The notes under the pieces are model-generated. The model was not told where the DNA came from. It did no database searches and saw only the letters and a list, made by a program, of their open reading frames with translations. The translations under genes were made by a program, and so were the position numbers. From assembly GCA_050251055.1 (NCBI GenBank), contig JBFWNL010000010.1, positions 65,833 to 129,832 on the forward strand: a DNA stretch of 64,000 bases. The letters run 5' to 3'. The stretch comes from Bacteriovoracia bacterium. GTDB lineage: Bacteria > Bdellovibrionota > UBA1018 > JBFWNL01. Every line of letters starts with the position of its first letter. Position 1 is the stretch's first letter. This document shows, piece by piece, positions 29,243-39,294 of the stretch.

Positions 29243-30766
29243 CTAGAAGTTCACGCCGACTTTGAACGAGATACCAAATACGGAGGTCGTGCCGTTTTCC
29301 AGCGCCGTGTTGGAGAAGCGATAGAAGTCGCCGGGGAACCACCAGCCCAGATCGAAGTCGAAGCGAAGATTGTCGTCCCAGAAGAAGGACGTCCCGTAAT
29401 CCATTTCCCAGCCCAGGTTCGAGGCCTGGGTGGCGTTCGCCAAGACCGTGTTGCGATTCCAAGTGTTGAAATAATACGTACCGGCGACCGCGGTCTCCAG
29501 CGCGCTGGCGAAAACCCAGTTCGTGCGAAGCTGCCACTTGCTCACGCGAAAACCGCCGCCGAAAGCGAAGTACTGCGCGTTGGTGATCGGGTTGTCAAAC
29601 GGCGAACGAAGCGATCCACCGCCGACGGCGGGATCGTTCTGGCTGTTTGGGCCCGCGAAATTCGCGAACTGGTAGTTGAACATGATCAAGCCGACTTTGT
29701 AGCCGGGGTGAAAGAAAAAGCCGCGGTATTCGCCCGGCGTGGCGGTCGCGCTGTTGGTTTGTCCGCCCGCACGGCCCGCCTTGAAGGCGACATCCCAAAT
29801 CGGGTTGATCTTCCACTGACTTTCGAAGCCGAGCGAAAAAGCCTTATACGCCGAACCGCCGATTTCACCCTGGGTGATCGGGATTTCCGCCGCGAACGAA
29901 ACCGGGCCTAACGTCTTCTTCCCGTAGATGTCCCAAATGTTGTAGTTCATGCCGGCGCCGGTACCCGTGATGCCTTGGTAGCCCGCGGTCGTGTTCTGAG
30001 CAGAGCCGCCGATGCGCTTCACGAAGTTGACGCCCATTTCGACGTCTTCGTCCATGTTTTCGTACTTGAACATGAGCGAGTAATCGACGACGGAGCCATT
30101 GCCGTCGTTGATCACGCCGCCGCCGGCCGCTGTGCAACCCGCGGTCGGATTCGGGCAGGCACCGCCCAGGTTATTGCCCATCGTGTATTTGATGAAAGCG
30201 GGCGCGAAGGAGAACGAGCCGAACTTCGATTGCAGGCGAATCATGTCACCCGTGGATTGGTAACGATCATACACGCCGTCGCCGTTGTTCCACACCAGGC
30301 CCAAACCCCAATGCAAAGGTGCCCGGCCGATCTGTACGGTACCCACGTCGCTCAGGATTTCGCCCCACATCCGTTGGGCGGAGACGGTCGAACCGCGTGA
30401 CTGGTTGGAGTAATACTGACGCTGATCCATCGTGTAGGGAGCGCCCGATCCGAAGAAACCGAAGATGGGGTCACCGAGCCAAAGTTCCGACTTGATGTAG
30501 ATGTTGTCGTTGACGATGACGGAAGGGCGAAGCCGGAGAAACGCGCTCTGAAAAGCGGCGTTGGAAGATCCGCCGCCCGGGATGTAATAACCTTGTCCGA
30601 CGCGACTCGCATCGGGCACTGTATTTCCGCGATCGAGCGTGTAATTATAGAGCCAGTGATTTTCGACTTTGAACTGGCCAGACCAATCCAAGTCCAAGGC
30701 GTGGGATGAGGCGTTAGAAAGAACTACTCCGACCAAGCACAGCAGAAAAATCCGTATGTTTCTCAT
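29243..30766 (-). CDS. Outer-membrane beta-barrel/porin
   Basis: Signal peptide, QIGRAPLHWGLGLVWN, LGWEMD, C-terminal FKVGVNF beta-signal. Confidence 0.85.
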   Translation of the reverse strand: MRNIRIFLLCLVGVVLSNASSHALDLDWSGQFKVENHWLYNYTLDRGNTVPDASRVGQGYYIPGGGSSNAAFQSAFLRLRPSVIVNDNIYIKSELWLGDPIFGFFGSGAPYTMDQRQYYSNQSRGSTVSAQRMWGEILSDVGTVQIGRAPLHWGLGLVWNNGDGVYDRYQSTGDMIRLQSKFGSFSFAPAFIKYTMGNNLGGACPNPTAGCTAAGGGVINDGNGSVVDYSLMFKYENMDEDVEMGVNFVKRIGGSAQNTTAGYQGITGTGAGMNYNIWDIYGKKTLGPVSFAAEIPITQGEIGGSAYKAFSLGFESQWKINPIWDVAFKAGRAGGQTNSATATPGEYRGFFFHPGYKVGLIMFNYQFANFAGPNSQNDPAVGGGSLRSPFDNPITNAQYFAFGGGFRVSKWQLRTNWVFASALETAVAGTYYFNTWNRNTVLANATQASNLGWEMDYGTSFFWDDNLRFDFDLGWWFPGDFYRFSNTALENGTTSVFGISFKVGVNF

Positions 30767-30791
30767 GATATAAAAGGTGTTATTGCCGGAT

Positions 30792-33197
30792 ATGCAGGCT
30801 CAGTCAAGCAAACATTGGAACTGGCGGCGGTGGAACTGGAAGCGAATTCGACGCGTCGCAGCTATTTCTTTCGTCGTTTTTTCCGTGGGCTTCGCCCTCT
30901 ACATCAAGAGCCTATTCAATCAGCTAGAAACGCTTTTCAACCAGCAGAACGAGTTCATCCCCACCCAAATTTACTCCGACGTGGTGAAGCTCACCGCGCC
31001 ACAGCCACGCGCCTACGTCGAGCAGGCGCTCAAACGCTTGAGTTACACTCCCCAGACGGAAGCCGAAAGCCTGACGTTCACGCTCCACTCCATCAACTAT
31101 CCGCATTACTTGGTCCCCGACGATCACCCCACGCTTAGCTGGGGCGGGCAGCCAGTGAAGCTCATCTTTGATAGCCCGGATAGCGGCGATCAAAACGCGC
31201 TCCTGCAATCGATCGAAGTCGACGGACAGGAAGTCCCCGAAGTCTATCTCGAGCCCGAGCTGGTGGCGACGCTTTCGCGTGGCGTCCAGGATTCCCCCGC
31301 CGACAAACAGATCCGCACCATCGTCAAGTTCCAGGATTTTCCCGCGCCCGTCTGGCAGGCGATCATCTCCATCGAAGACCAGCACTTCCTCGACCACAAG
31401 GGGTTCGACCCCCGAGGGCTCCTGCGCGCGGTCTTCGTGAACCTTAAAACACTCTCGCTCGCGCAAGGCGGCAGTACGCTCACCCAGCAGCTCGTGAAGA
31501 ACCTGATGGCGCGCCACACGAAAAACGTCTTCCGAAAAATCAACGAGCTCTTCCTCGCCATTATTTTAGAGACCCGCTTCGATAAGGAAAAAATTCTGGA
31601 GCGCTACCTCAACGAAGTCTACCTCGGGCAGATCGGGACGTTTGAAATCCACGGGGTGGCCGAAGGCGCGAAGTACTTTTTCGGCAAGCGCATCGAAGAC
31701 CTGAACCTGGGCGAGATCGCGATGATGGCGGGTCTGATCCGCGGGCCCGCGTACTATTCCCCGTACCGGCACTGGGAGCGCGCGAAGGGTCGCCAAGAGC
31801 TGGTGCTGAAAAAAATGGCCGAGACCGGGCAGATCGCCGAAGAAGAAGCGGCCGAAGCGGCGAAGTTGCCGGTGCGCTTGGCGCCCCCGCCATCGGGCGG
31901 AAACCGCGCGCCGTACTTCACGGATTTCGTGAAAGCCGAGCTCATTCGCTTCACCAAGGATAAGTTGAGCGAGGAAGAAGTGAGCGACGCGGGATTCCGG
32001 GTCTATACTACCCTTGACACCTACTTGAACGGCGCCGCCCAAAAGGCCGTGGAAGAAGGCGTCGAACGCGTACAGAAAACGATCGCCACGGACCCCAATC
32101 CCGCGAAGAAACTCGTGATCGAAGGCGCGCTCGCCTCCGTGGAACAGAAAACGGGCTACGTGCGGGCGCTCATCGGCGGCAGCAACTACACGCGCTCAAA
32201 CTTCAACCGCATCCTAAACATGAAGCGCCAGGTGGGCTCGACCTTCAAACCCGTCGTCTATTTGGCCGCTTTCGACAAGGGCCGGGACGCCGATGGCAAG
32301 CGCTACGGACCGGGTTATCCCATGGAGGACGCGCCCTGGAAGCTGACTTTTGACCGCGGCAAGCAGACCTGGGAGCCGCGCAATTATGAAAAGGAATATC
32401 TAGGCTGGATTCCGCTGCGGACGGCGCTCGCGCACTCGGTCAACACCGTCACCGCGCGGCTAGCGGCTGAAGTCGGCATCGATCGCGTGGTGGAAACGGC
32501 GAAAAAGCTCGGCATCCAGTCGGAGTTGCCGGCGGTGCCCTCGCTCGCGCTGGGCGTGAACGAGCTTTCGCCGGTGGAGCTGGTGAAGCTCTACACGACG
32601 ATCGCCAACCGCGGCATGCAGGACGAGCTGACCGTCATTCGCGGCATCACCAACGAGGACGGCAGCGAGTACGCGCGCTTCGTCTACGCCCCCCAGCCGG
32701 TCTATGATCCGGCGCTCTGCGATCTCGTCACGGAGATGCTGCAGGAAGTTTTCACGGAAGGCACCGCGCGCCGCGCGCGCGAAATGGGTTTCGATCGCCA
32801 GGCCGCCGGCAAAACCGGCACGACGAGCAACTATCGCGACAGCTGGTTCGCGGGCTTTAATCCACAGCTCACGACGGTGGTGTGGGTGGGCCTCGACCAA
32901 GGCAGTGGCGTCGACGAAAAAGGCAAGGCGCGCCTGAAGCTCACCGGCGCGAGTGCGGCGCTACCCATCTGGATCACCTATATGAAGCGTGCGACAGAGC
33001 TTTCCCCGCCCGCGACCTTCCCCGTGAGCGATCTGCTCACCGGGGTGAAGATCGATAAACGCTCGGGCCATCTGGCCACTTCCAGCTGCTCGGAAGCGCA
33101 GGTCTCGGTCGAAAAATATCCCACCGATCGCTCACCCACGCAGGAGACCTGCATGTCCACCTGGCCTGAGTCGGTACGCGAAACGAAACTCGATTAA
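30792..33197 (+). CDS. mrcB: Class A penicillin-binding protein, PBP1B-like
   Basis: EDQHFLDHKG, QGGSTLTQQLVKN, YLNEVYLG; transpeptidase STFK, SVN, KTG; UB2H-like insert; alternative start 30777. Confidence 0.88.
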   Translation: MQAQSSKHWNWRRWNWKRIRRVAAISFVVFSVGFALYIKSLFNQLETLFNQQNEFIPTQIYSDVVKLTAPQPRAYVEQALKRLSYTPQTEAESLTFTLHSINYPHYLVPDDHPTLSWGGQPVKLIFDSPDSGDQNALLQSIEVDGQEVPEVYLEPELVATLSRGVQDSPADKQIRTIVKFQDFPAPVWQAIISIEDQHFLDHKGFDPRGLLRAVFVNLKTLSLAQGGSTLTQQLVKNLMARHTKNVFRKINELFLAIILETRFDKEKILERYLNEVYLGQIGTFEIHGVAEGAKYFFGKRIEDLNLGEIAMMAGLIRGPAYYSPYRHWERAKGRQELVLKKMAETGQIAEEEAAEAAKLPVRLAPPPSGGNRAPYFTDFVKAELIRFTKDKLSEEEVSDAGFRVYTTLDTYLNGAAQKAVEEGVERVQKTIATDPNPAKKLVIEGALASVEQKTGYVRALIGGSNYTRSNFNRILNMKRQVGSTFKPVVYLAAFDKGRDADGKRYGPGYPMEDAPWKLTFDRGKQTWEPRNYEKEYLGWIPLRTALAHSVNTVTARLAAEVGIDRVVETAKKLGIQSELPAVPSLALGVNELSPVELVKLYTTIANRGMQDELTVIRGITNEDGSEYARFVYAPQPVYDPALCDLVTEMLQEVFTEGTARRAREMGFDRQAAGKTGTTSNYRDSWFAGFNPQLTTVVWVGLDQGSGVDEKGKARLKLTGASAALPIWITYMKRATELSPPATFPVSDLLTGVKIDKRSGHLATSSCSEAQVSVEKYPTDRSPTQETCMSTWPESVRETKLD

Positions 33198-33201
33198 CTC
33201 G

Positions 33202-33606
33202 TTAAATGCGGATCGTCGCCGTCACGTAGCAGCTAAACACATCCATGCCTTCGCCATTTTTGTAGTTCATGATCGGCGGCATCCGTCGGCAGGTCGGATT
33301 GCGCGTGGTCGCGATGCACTCGTTACGCGCTTGGGCGATCACAGATTCCGCGGCGTCCTTCACTTCCTGCTTCTTGGTGGCTGCCGTGCAATCGATCGGC
33401 AACGCGTTCACCTTTACGGTCGAAGTGAAGTCCATGCGGGCCGGCGCGTCCGCGACTAGTTGCTGTTCGATGGACTCCAAGCGCTGATACAGACGGGACG
33501 CATCGGCTTTCGCCGCGCGGACATCGTCCAACATGGTCGAGGCATGCGCAGCGACCGTGGTGGCGATAAGAACAAGACCTAATACAGAGAGGACGGAAGT
33601 TTTCAT
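33202..33606 (-). CDS. Small secreted protein (coiled coil plus 4-Cys domain)
   Basis: AAGGAG RBS, signal peptide ending AHA. Confidence 0.8.
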   Translation of the reverse strand: MKTSVLSVLGLVLIATTVAAHASTMLDDVRAAKADASRLYQRLESIEQQLVADAPARMDFTSTVKVNALPIDCTAATKKQEVKDAAESVIAQARNECIATTRNPTCRRMPPIMNYKNGEGMDVFSCYVTATIRI

Positions 33607-33707
33607 GCTAGCTCCTTGCGTAATAAATAACGCAATGCGTTAATGCATGCGACTTAATTTCCGCTTAAATCTTAATGGGTTCGAACGACAAAACGGCGAT
33701 GAGCGGT

Positions 33708-33735
33708 CAAAGTTCGCACGCACGTTTGCCGATAA
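33708..33735 (+). promoter_or_regulatory. Putative sigma28 (FliA) promoter
   Basis: CAAAGTTC-N12-GCCGATAA, 4-7 nt before ATGATG at 33740. Confidence 0.7.
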
Positions 33736-33739
33736 GCAC

Positions 33740-34948
33740 ATGATGGCTTTGCGTTTCCTCCCAGCCGCCTGGTTAATCACCTCCCTCGTCATCTCCGGTG
33801 CGCGCGCGGAGGCTGGTCCGCCGGAAAATTACCGTATGAGCGCCGACGTGGAAAACTCACGTCGCGAAGTTGCGGGGCGCTTCGAAATTCGTCTCGATCC
33901 GGGTACGGGCAAGTTCGAGTTCACCCTCATCCCCAAGGAAGGGCTTTGGAACAAGGTCATCTTAAAAGACGTTTCCGAGGAGCACTTGAGATCCCACCTT
34001 CCTGAAATGATCGCGCAAATGGAGCAGCTGCTGCCCACCGATACCGCCCCTTTTGCCTCGAGCCGCACCCGGGAGCGGCAAGCCGCGCTCGACGCCGCGA
34101 AAGACAAACTGCCACGGCTGCAAGCCTGGGCGACCGAATCGACGAATCTAATCATCCGGAATTTTTTTCGCGATAGCCTGGAGCAACCCGCCGAGATCGA
34201 GCACGCCCTGCAGGTGCTCGATCCCCCGGAGTACTACTGCGAATTGCGCAAAGAAGGATTTCCGGCACGGCGCCAGTATCCTACCCAGCGCGTACCCGAA
34301 GCGGAAACCAAGACCGACGTATCCGTGCTCACGCCGGAAGAAGCGGCGGGTCTATTTCGCGCGCTCCAAAATGATCCGGCCATCCCCTATCGATTCACAT
34401 TGGACGGGTGCTACGCGCGAGCGCACGAAATGGCCCGAAACATGGAAGCCCTGGGCATACAGGCGGGGAAAGTCTGGCTGACTAATTTCAAATTCAACCG
34501 CGATGGAAAACCCGAACCCCAAGGAGTGACGCTGTCCGTGCCCAATCCGCAATATCCCACTTGCACCATCGAGTGGTCCTACCATGTCGCTCCGGTTGTT
34601 TACGTGAAGGCGTCCGACCAGCGCGCGCCGGTCTTGATGGTGCTCGACCCCAGTCTATTCCACGAACCTGTGCCGGTTTCGAAATGGATGACGGCCCAGA
34701 CTTCCAAGGGTGAGCCCACAAAGTTCGGTCTCTACGTGACCGAGCGCTATCCCTACAACCCGGGTCAAATCCAACAGGACTTCAATCGCCCACCCAAAGG
34801 AGCCGACGCCGAGGCGGAACGCGTGTTAGGGGCCTATCGGGAGGCGCTCAAACATGCCGACGCATTGACTGGATTGAAGCCTTCCCCAGCCACCGGCTCC
34901 CCCACGAATACCGTGCCTCCAGAGCCATCGCCCATCCCAGAGCCCTAG
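33740..34948 (+). CDS. Secreted protein-glutamine glutaminase (deamidase) domain protein
   Basis: DGCYARAHEM, WSYHVAP, VLDPSLF giving a Cys-His-Asp triad; signal peptide. Confidence 0.85.
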   Translation: MMALRFLPAAWLITSLVISGARAEAGPPENYRMSADVENSRREVAGRFEIRLDPGTGKFEFTLIPKEGLWNKVILKDVSEEHLRSHLPEMIAQMEQLLPTDTAPFASSRTRERQAALDAAKDKLPRLQAWATESTNLIIRNFFRDSLEQPAEIEHALQVLDPPEYYCELRKEGFPARRQYPTQRVPEAETKTDVSVLTPEEAAGLFRALQNDPAIPYRFTLDGCYARAHEMARNMEALGIQAGKVWLTNFKFNRDGKPEPQGVTLSVPNPQYPTCTIEWSYHVAPVVYVKASDQRAPVLMVLDPSLFHEPVPVSKWMTAQTSKGEPTKFGLYVTERYPYNPGQIQQDFNRPPKGADAEAERVLGAYREALKHADALTGLKPSPATGSPTNTVPPEPSPIPEP

Positions 34949-35066
34949 CCGCCCGTCTACTCCTTAGACAATTCGGGGGGTTAGAAGGTCATAATGCACC
35001 GCCCCGATTTTCTTGATTTCCCCTTTAAAATCAATTATTCACATCTGGACGCAAAGCGTCACCACT

Positions 35067-35082
35067 TGGTACAGCGGTTGCT
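35067..35082 (+). promoter_or_regulatory. sigma54 -24/-12 promoter
   Basis: TGGTAC-AGCGG-TTGCT versus consensus TGGCAC-N5-TTGCW; upstream of a kinase/sigma54-activator pair. Confidence 0.75.
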
Positions 35083-35157
35083 TAGTAAGAAACTGCGGAA
35101 AGCTGTATCGGCCTCCAATCGGGCCTAAGTTGTGACTGCTGAGTGGAAGAAGAAGTG

Positions 35158-37206
35158 ATGTTGAAGTTTTGGAAGAAAAACCCGCAATTCAAATCCGTCG
35201 TGGAGAAGTTCCTAGGGATCTCCATCGGCGCCGCCATCATCACCGCGATCCTCGTCAATTTAGAGTTCAATTTCCTGGAAGCGAGCCTCTACGACTTCCG
35301 GATGACCCGTTCCATCCAAGCCCCGGCCGACCCCGGCATCGTGCTCATTTCCCTCGACGACCAGACCACGCGCGCGTTGAACGACTTCGCCCCCTTGGCG
35401 ATCGACCAGCACACGCGCCTGCTCGAAGCCTTGAACCGCCAAAACCCCAAGGCCGTGGGTTATCTCGTCAACATGAACTACGTGCACCAGGTCGATCCGG
35501 CGCTGTTTCAAGGAAACGGCGGGACTCGGTTCGTGGAGCTCGCGACCGCGCTCGAGAACCGCGGCATTCCGTTTTTGATCGGCACGCCCTTCGACGTGAA
35601 TGGCGAAGTGCTGCCTCCGTTCCCCCTCAGCTCCCTGCGCCACTCGATCGCGGTCGTGCACAAGGACGGAAACGTGTTTTCCGAGGACAAAGTCACGCGA
35701 CGCGCGCTGCTCACCTTGTATGGGAAGTCGGCGTTCCACCTGCAGCTCGCCCGCGACGCGCAGCTGGACACGACCGAAACTCTCCCCCGCGGAAGCTTCT
35801 ACGTGCGGGAAGCCGAGGGTGATTACTTTTTCTTCCGCTACCACGGAAATCCCAACGTGACGTTCGGCGCCGGCGGCGTAGCCGACCGGCCGCACTCCCT
35901 GCCCTACACCCGTTACTCGTTCGTCGACGTGATCGAAGGCCGCATCCCCCCGAAAGCCCTCGAAGGGAAAGTCGTGCTCGTCGGCACGCTCGTGAAGGAA
36001 AACCCAGGTGACTTCGCCCGTACCCCGTATTCGAAAATTTCATCGGTGAGCCCAAACCTCGCCGTGCACGCCAACATCATCGACTCCATCGCGCACGACG
36101 ATGGCCTCGTCATGGCGCCGGCTTGGCTGAATTGGCTCACGACGTTCCTCGCCGTCGGCTTCATCCTCTGGTCCATCCTGGGATTCACGCCGATGCAGGG
36201 CGTGCTCGCCACCTTGGGGCTGGCCGCGTCGCTGATGCTGATCGCGCACGTACTGTTTCATGGTCTATCCGGGAATCGCGGCCTGTGGCTCAATCTCAGC
36301 CAGCCACTCATCGGGATTTTCCTAGGCTACTACCTCGCGGTCCCCTACCGCCTGATCCGTGAATACAAGAAGCGCTGGGACTACCAGCGCAAGAACGAGA
36401 TCCTCACCCAGGTGGAAGAGCTGAAGACGAACTTCCTCCAGCTCGTGACCCACGACCTGAAAACCCCGGTCGCGCGCATTCAGGGCTTAAGCGAGGTCCT
36501 CCTCAGCAAGGCCGCCGCCAATCTCGAACCGAAAGACCGCGAAACCCTCAATAGCATCATCGTGTCCACCGACGAGCTTAATCACTTCATCACGACCATC
36601 CTGGAGCTCACGAAGGTCGAGTCCAACGAATTGAACGTGTCGTTGCAGAGCAAGGACGTGAATCAGCTACTGGAAGGCGTGATCCAGCGTTTCCGCGCCG
36701 CCGCGCGCGCGAAGGAGATCGACATCGTGGCGAGCCTCGAGCCGCTCTTCCCCATCAAGCTCGACCCCACCTTGATTTCCAAGGTCTTCAGCAACCTCAT
36801 CGACAACGCCGTGAAGTATTCGCCACCCGGGTCGAAGGTGGAAATCTCGTCGCAAGAGCGGGACGGCCACATCGAGGTGCAGGTCAAAGATCACGGCATC
36901 GGCCTGTCCCGCGAGGAGCTCGAAAACCTCTTTACCAAATTCTACCGCGCAAAAAACGACACCACGACCAAGATCGCCGGTACGGGCTTAGGCTTGTACC
37001 TAACGAAGTACTTCGTGGAATCCCACGCCGGCGAAGTCCGCGTGGAAAGCCAAGAGGGGCAAGGCAGCACGTTCATCATCCGCCTGCCCATCGATCTCAA
37101 AGCGGTCACCTTTAGCGGAAACGCCCGGCCGGGGCTCACGAACAAAAAGTCCGGCAAAAATTCAGGTAAGCCAGCCCATGTGGAAGAAGGAGTAGAAAAT
37201 GTTTAA
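35158..37206 (+). CDS. CHASE2 sensor histidine kinase
   Basis: CHASE2-like periplasmic region, 3 TMs, THDLKTPV H-box, NLIDNAVKYS, DHGIG, GTGLGL. Confidence 0.92.
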   Translation: MLKFWKKNPQFKSVVEKFLGISIGAAIITAILVNLEFNFLEASLYDFRMTRSIQAPADPGIVLISLDDQTTRALNDFAPLAIDQHTRLLEALNRQNPKAVGYLVNMNYVHQVDPALFQGNGGTRFVELATALENRGIPFLIGTPFDVNGEVLPPFPLSSLRHSIAVVHKDGNVFSEDKVTRRALLTLYGKSAFHLQLARDAQLDTTETLPRGSFYVREAEGDYFFFRYHGNPNVTFGAGGVADRPHSLPYTRYSFVDVIEGRIPPKALEGKVVLVGTLVKENPGDFARTPYSKISSVSPNLAVHANIIDSIAHDDGLVMAPAWLNWLTTFLAVGFILWSILGFTPMQGVLATLGLAASLMLIAHVLFHGLSGNRGLWLNLSQPLIGIFLGYYLAVPYRLIREYKKRWDYQRKNEILTQVEELKTNFLQLVTHDLKTPVARIQGLSEVLLSKAAANLEPKDRETLNSIIVSTDELNHFITTILELTKVESNELNVSLQSKDVNQLLEGVIQRFRAAARAKEIDIVASLEPLFPIKLDPTLISKVFSNLIDNAVKYSPPGSKVEISSQERDGHIEVQVKDHGIGLSREELENLFTKFYRAKNDTTTKIAGTGLGLYLTKYFVESHAGEVRVESQEGQGSTFIIRLPIDLKAVTFSGNARPGLTNKKSGKNSGKPAHVEEGVENV

Positions 37207-38710
37207 AGTCCTAGTGGTAGATGACGACGCGGATCTCAGACTTTCGGTATCCTCGGCCCTCTCCGAGAACCACTTTCACGTGGACCAGGCGAAGGACGGC
37301 GAAGAAGCCGTCAACCGCGTGCGCGCGGGCAAGTACAACCTCGTGCTGCTCGACGTGAACATGCCCCGCCTCACGGGTCTCCAGGCCCTGAAAGAGATCA
37401 AGGCGCACGATCCCTCGATCATCGCCATCATGCTGACCGCGTTCTCCAACGTGCGCGACGCCGTGGAAGCCACGAAGGAAGGCGCTTACAACTACCTAGA
37501 GAAGCCGATCAAGGCCGAAAACCTCGTCTACATCGTCGAGAAAGCGCTCAAGGCCCACAGCATGGTCAAGAGCATGAGCTACTCGGCGCCCGTCATCAAG
37601 CTGCCGAACAGTACCGAGTTCGTTGGCCAGAGCTCCGAGATGAAGAAGGTGTTTTCGGTCATCGACAAGCTCGCGCGCGTGGAAACCGCCGTGCTCATCC
37701 GCGGCGAAAGCGGCACCGGCAAGGAGCTCGTCGCCAAGGCCCTGCACTTCAACGGTCCCCGCAAAGATAACCGCTTCGTCACCGTGAACTGCTCGGCGAT
37801 TCCGGAAAATCTCATCGAAAGCGAATTCTTCGGTCACGAAAAAGGGTCTTTCACCGGCGCTGACTCGCGCAAAATCGGCAAGTTCCAGTACGCCGACGGC
37901 GGCACCCTGTTCCTCGACGAAATTGGCGACATCACGCCGGCCATGCAGGTGAAGTTGCTTCGCGTTTTACAAGAAAAACGCTTCACCCCCGTGGGTGCCA
38001 ACCGCGAGATCGAAGTGAACGTGCGCATCGTCGCGGCCACGAACCGGAATCTGGAAGAGATGATCAAGCAGAACCAGTTCCGCGAAGACCTATTCTATCG
38101 CCTGAACGTCCTGCCGATCAACCTGCCGCCGCTCCGCGAGCGCAAGAACGACGTGGAAGCCCTCGTGCAGTACTTCATCGAGAAGTTCAACCAGGAGTAC
38201 CAGAAAAAGATCACCGGCTTCAGCCCCGAAGCGCAAGAGCTGCTGCGCGGCTATACCTGGCCAGGGAACATCCGCGAGCTTGAAAACGTCGTGGAGCACG
38301 CGTTCGTCATGACCGGCGAAAACCAAATTGGCGCAGACTGCCTGCCGGGCGCGATCCTCAATGGCTCGCTCGCCAAGGCGCCGTCGTCGACTTCGTTGGC
38401 CGCGCTCAACACCGGCGACGAAGATCACCACGACGGGGACACCGATGTGGCCATCGACATCGCCACGATCAACCTCGAGGCCGGCGCGGTAGCCTCCGTC
38501 ATCGACGGCAAGGGCTTCAAGCTCAACATCAATAAGCTCGACTTCCAGGCCAACAAGGAAGAGTTCGAACGGCAGTTCCTGATTAGCGCCCTGAAGGCTT
38601 TCAAGGGCCGTATCAATCAGACCGCGCTGCACGCGAACATCCCAAAGAAGACGCTCCTGCGTAAGCTCGAGAAGTACGGGATCACCGCGCGCGATTACAC
38701 GAATGCCTGA
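37199..38710 (+). CDS. sigma54-dependent response regulator (NtrC family)
   Basis: REC (VVDDD, LLDVNMP), GESGTGKE, GSFTGA, LFLDEIG, WPGNIRELEN, C-terminal HTH. Confidence 0.95.
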   Translation: MFKVLVVDDDADLRLSVSSALSENHFHVDQAKDGEEAVNRVRAGKYNLVLLDVNMPRLTGLQALKEIKAHDPSIIAIMLTAFSNVRDAVEATKEGAYNYLEKPIKAENLVYIVEKALKAHSMVKSMSYSAPVIKLPNSTEFVGQSSEMKKVFSVIDKLARVETAVLIRGESGTGKELVAKALHFNGPRKDNRFVTVNCSAIPENLIESEFFGHEKGSFTGADSRKIGKFQYADGGTLFLDEIGDITPAMQVKLLRVLQEKRFTPVGANREIEVNVRIVAATNRNLEEMIKQNQFREDLFYRLNVLPINLPPLRERKNDVEALVQYFIEKFNQEYQKKITGFSPEAQELLRGYTWPGNIRELENVVEHAFVMTGENQIGADCLPGAILNGSLAKAPSSTSLAALNTGDEDHHDGDTDVAIDIATINLEAGAVASVIDGKGFKLNINKLDFQANKEEFERQFLISALKAFKGRINQTALHANIPKKTLLRKLEKYGITARDYTNA

Positions 38711-38823
38711 TGTTTAAAATCAGACACTCAGCTTAATTGACGCGCATAGTCTTTTTTTCTGGTTTCCGCTCGACTTTCGGGCTAAAAACGGCGAGGGATT
38801 GGGCCCATCAGAAAGGGTCCAAA

Positions 38824-39213
38824 ATGAAAGTCGCTTCTTTTTTACCTCAATTCGCGCTTCTGGCCGGAGCCATCGGCCTTAGCCTGAACGCTGCGGCCGA
38901 GCCGGCCAAAGCCATCCCCCTGGGGCAGGCCGCCGACGATCTCGCCACGGTTCTCATCGCGAACCCGAAAGCCGTCGCCGAATTTTCGACCATCGCCAAC
39001 ACGGTCCACGGTTCGGCCGTGGAAACGACGAAGCTTCCGGTGACGCCCGAAGGCGCCAGCACGGAAATCAACGTCTACACGCTTCGGGGCATGAATATCC
39101 GCGGCGACATCGTCGACATGAGCGGTACGCTCACGATCACCGAAAAGCGACGCTGCCACGGTCGCGGCGGCTGCTTCTCGACCTTTGAAACGAAAGTAGA
39201 AAAGGATCGCTAA
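38824..39213 (+). CDS. Small secreted hypothetical protein
   Basis: Signal peptide ending AAA; start ATG 38824. Confidence 0.7.
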   Translation: MKVASFLPQFALLAGAIGLSLNAAAEPAKAIPLGQAADDLATVLIANPKAVAEFSTIANTVHGSAVETTKLPVTPEGASTEINVYTLRGMNIRGDIVDMSGTLTITEKRRCHGRGGCFSTFETKVEKDR

Positions 39214-39238
39214 AAGTTCCCGAGTTACTGGGCAAAGC

Positions 39239-39274
39239 AAAAAGGCCACCCGGTTTTCGCCGGGTGGCCTTTTT
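39239..39274. terminator. Bidirectional Rho-independent terminator
   Basis: AAAAAGGCCACCCGG-TTTTCG-CCGGGTGGCCTTTTT between convergent genes. Confidence 0.92.
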
Positions 39275-39294
39275 CGTTTTTAAAATCCGAAAAC

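Noticed and set aside
35020-35085. GEMM-I (c-di-GMP/cGAMP) riboswitch suggested by GGACGCAAAGC and ACAGCGGTTGC
   Set aside because: No P2 hairpin with a GNRA loop upstream and no receptor stem. The sequence is better explained by a GACGC-N3-GCGTC palindrome plus a sigma54 promoter.
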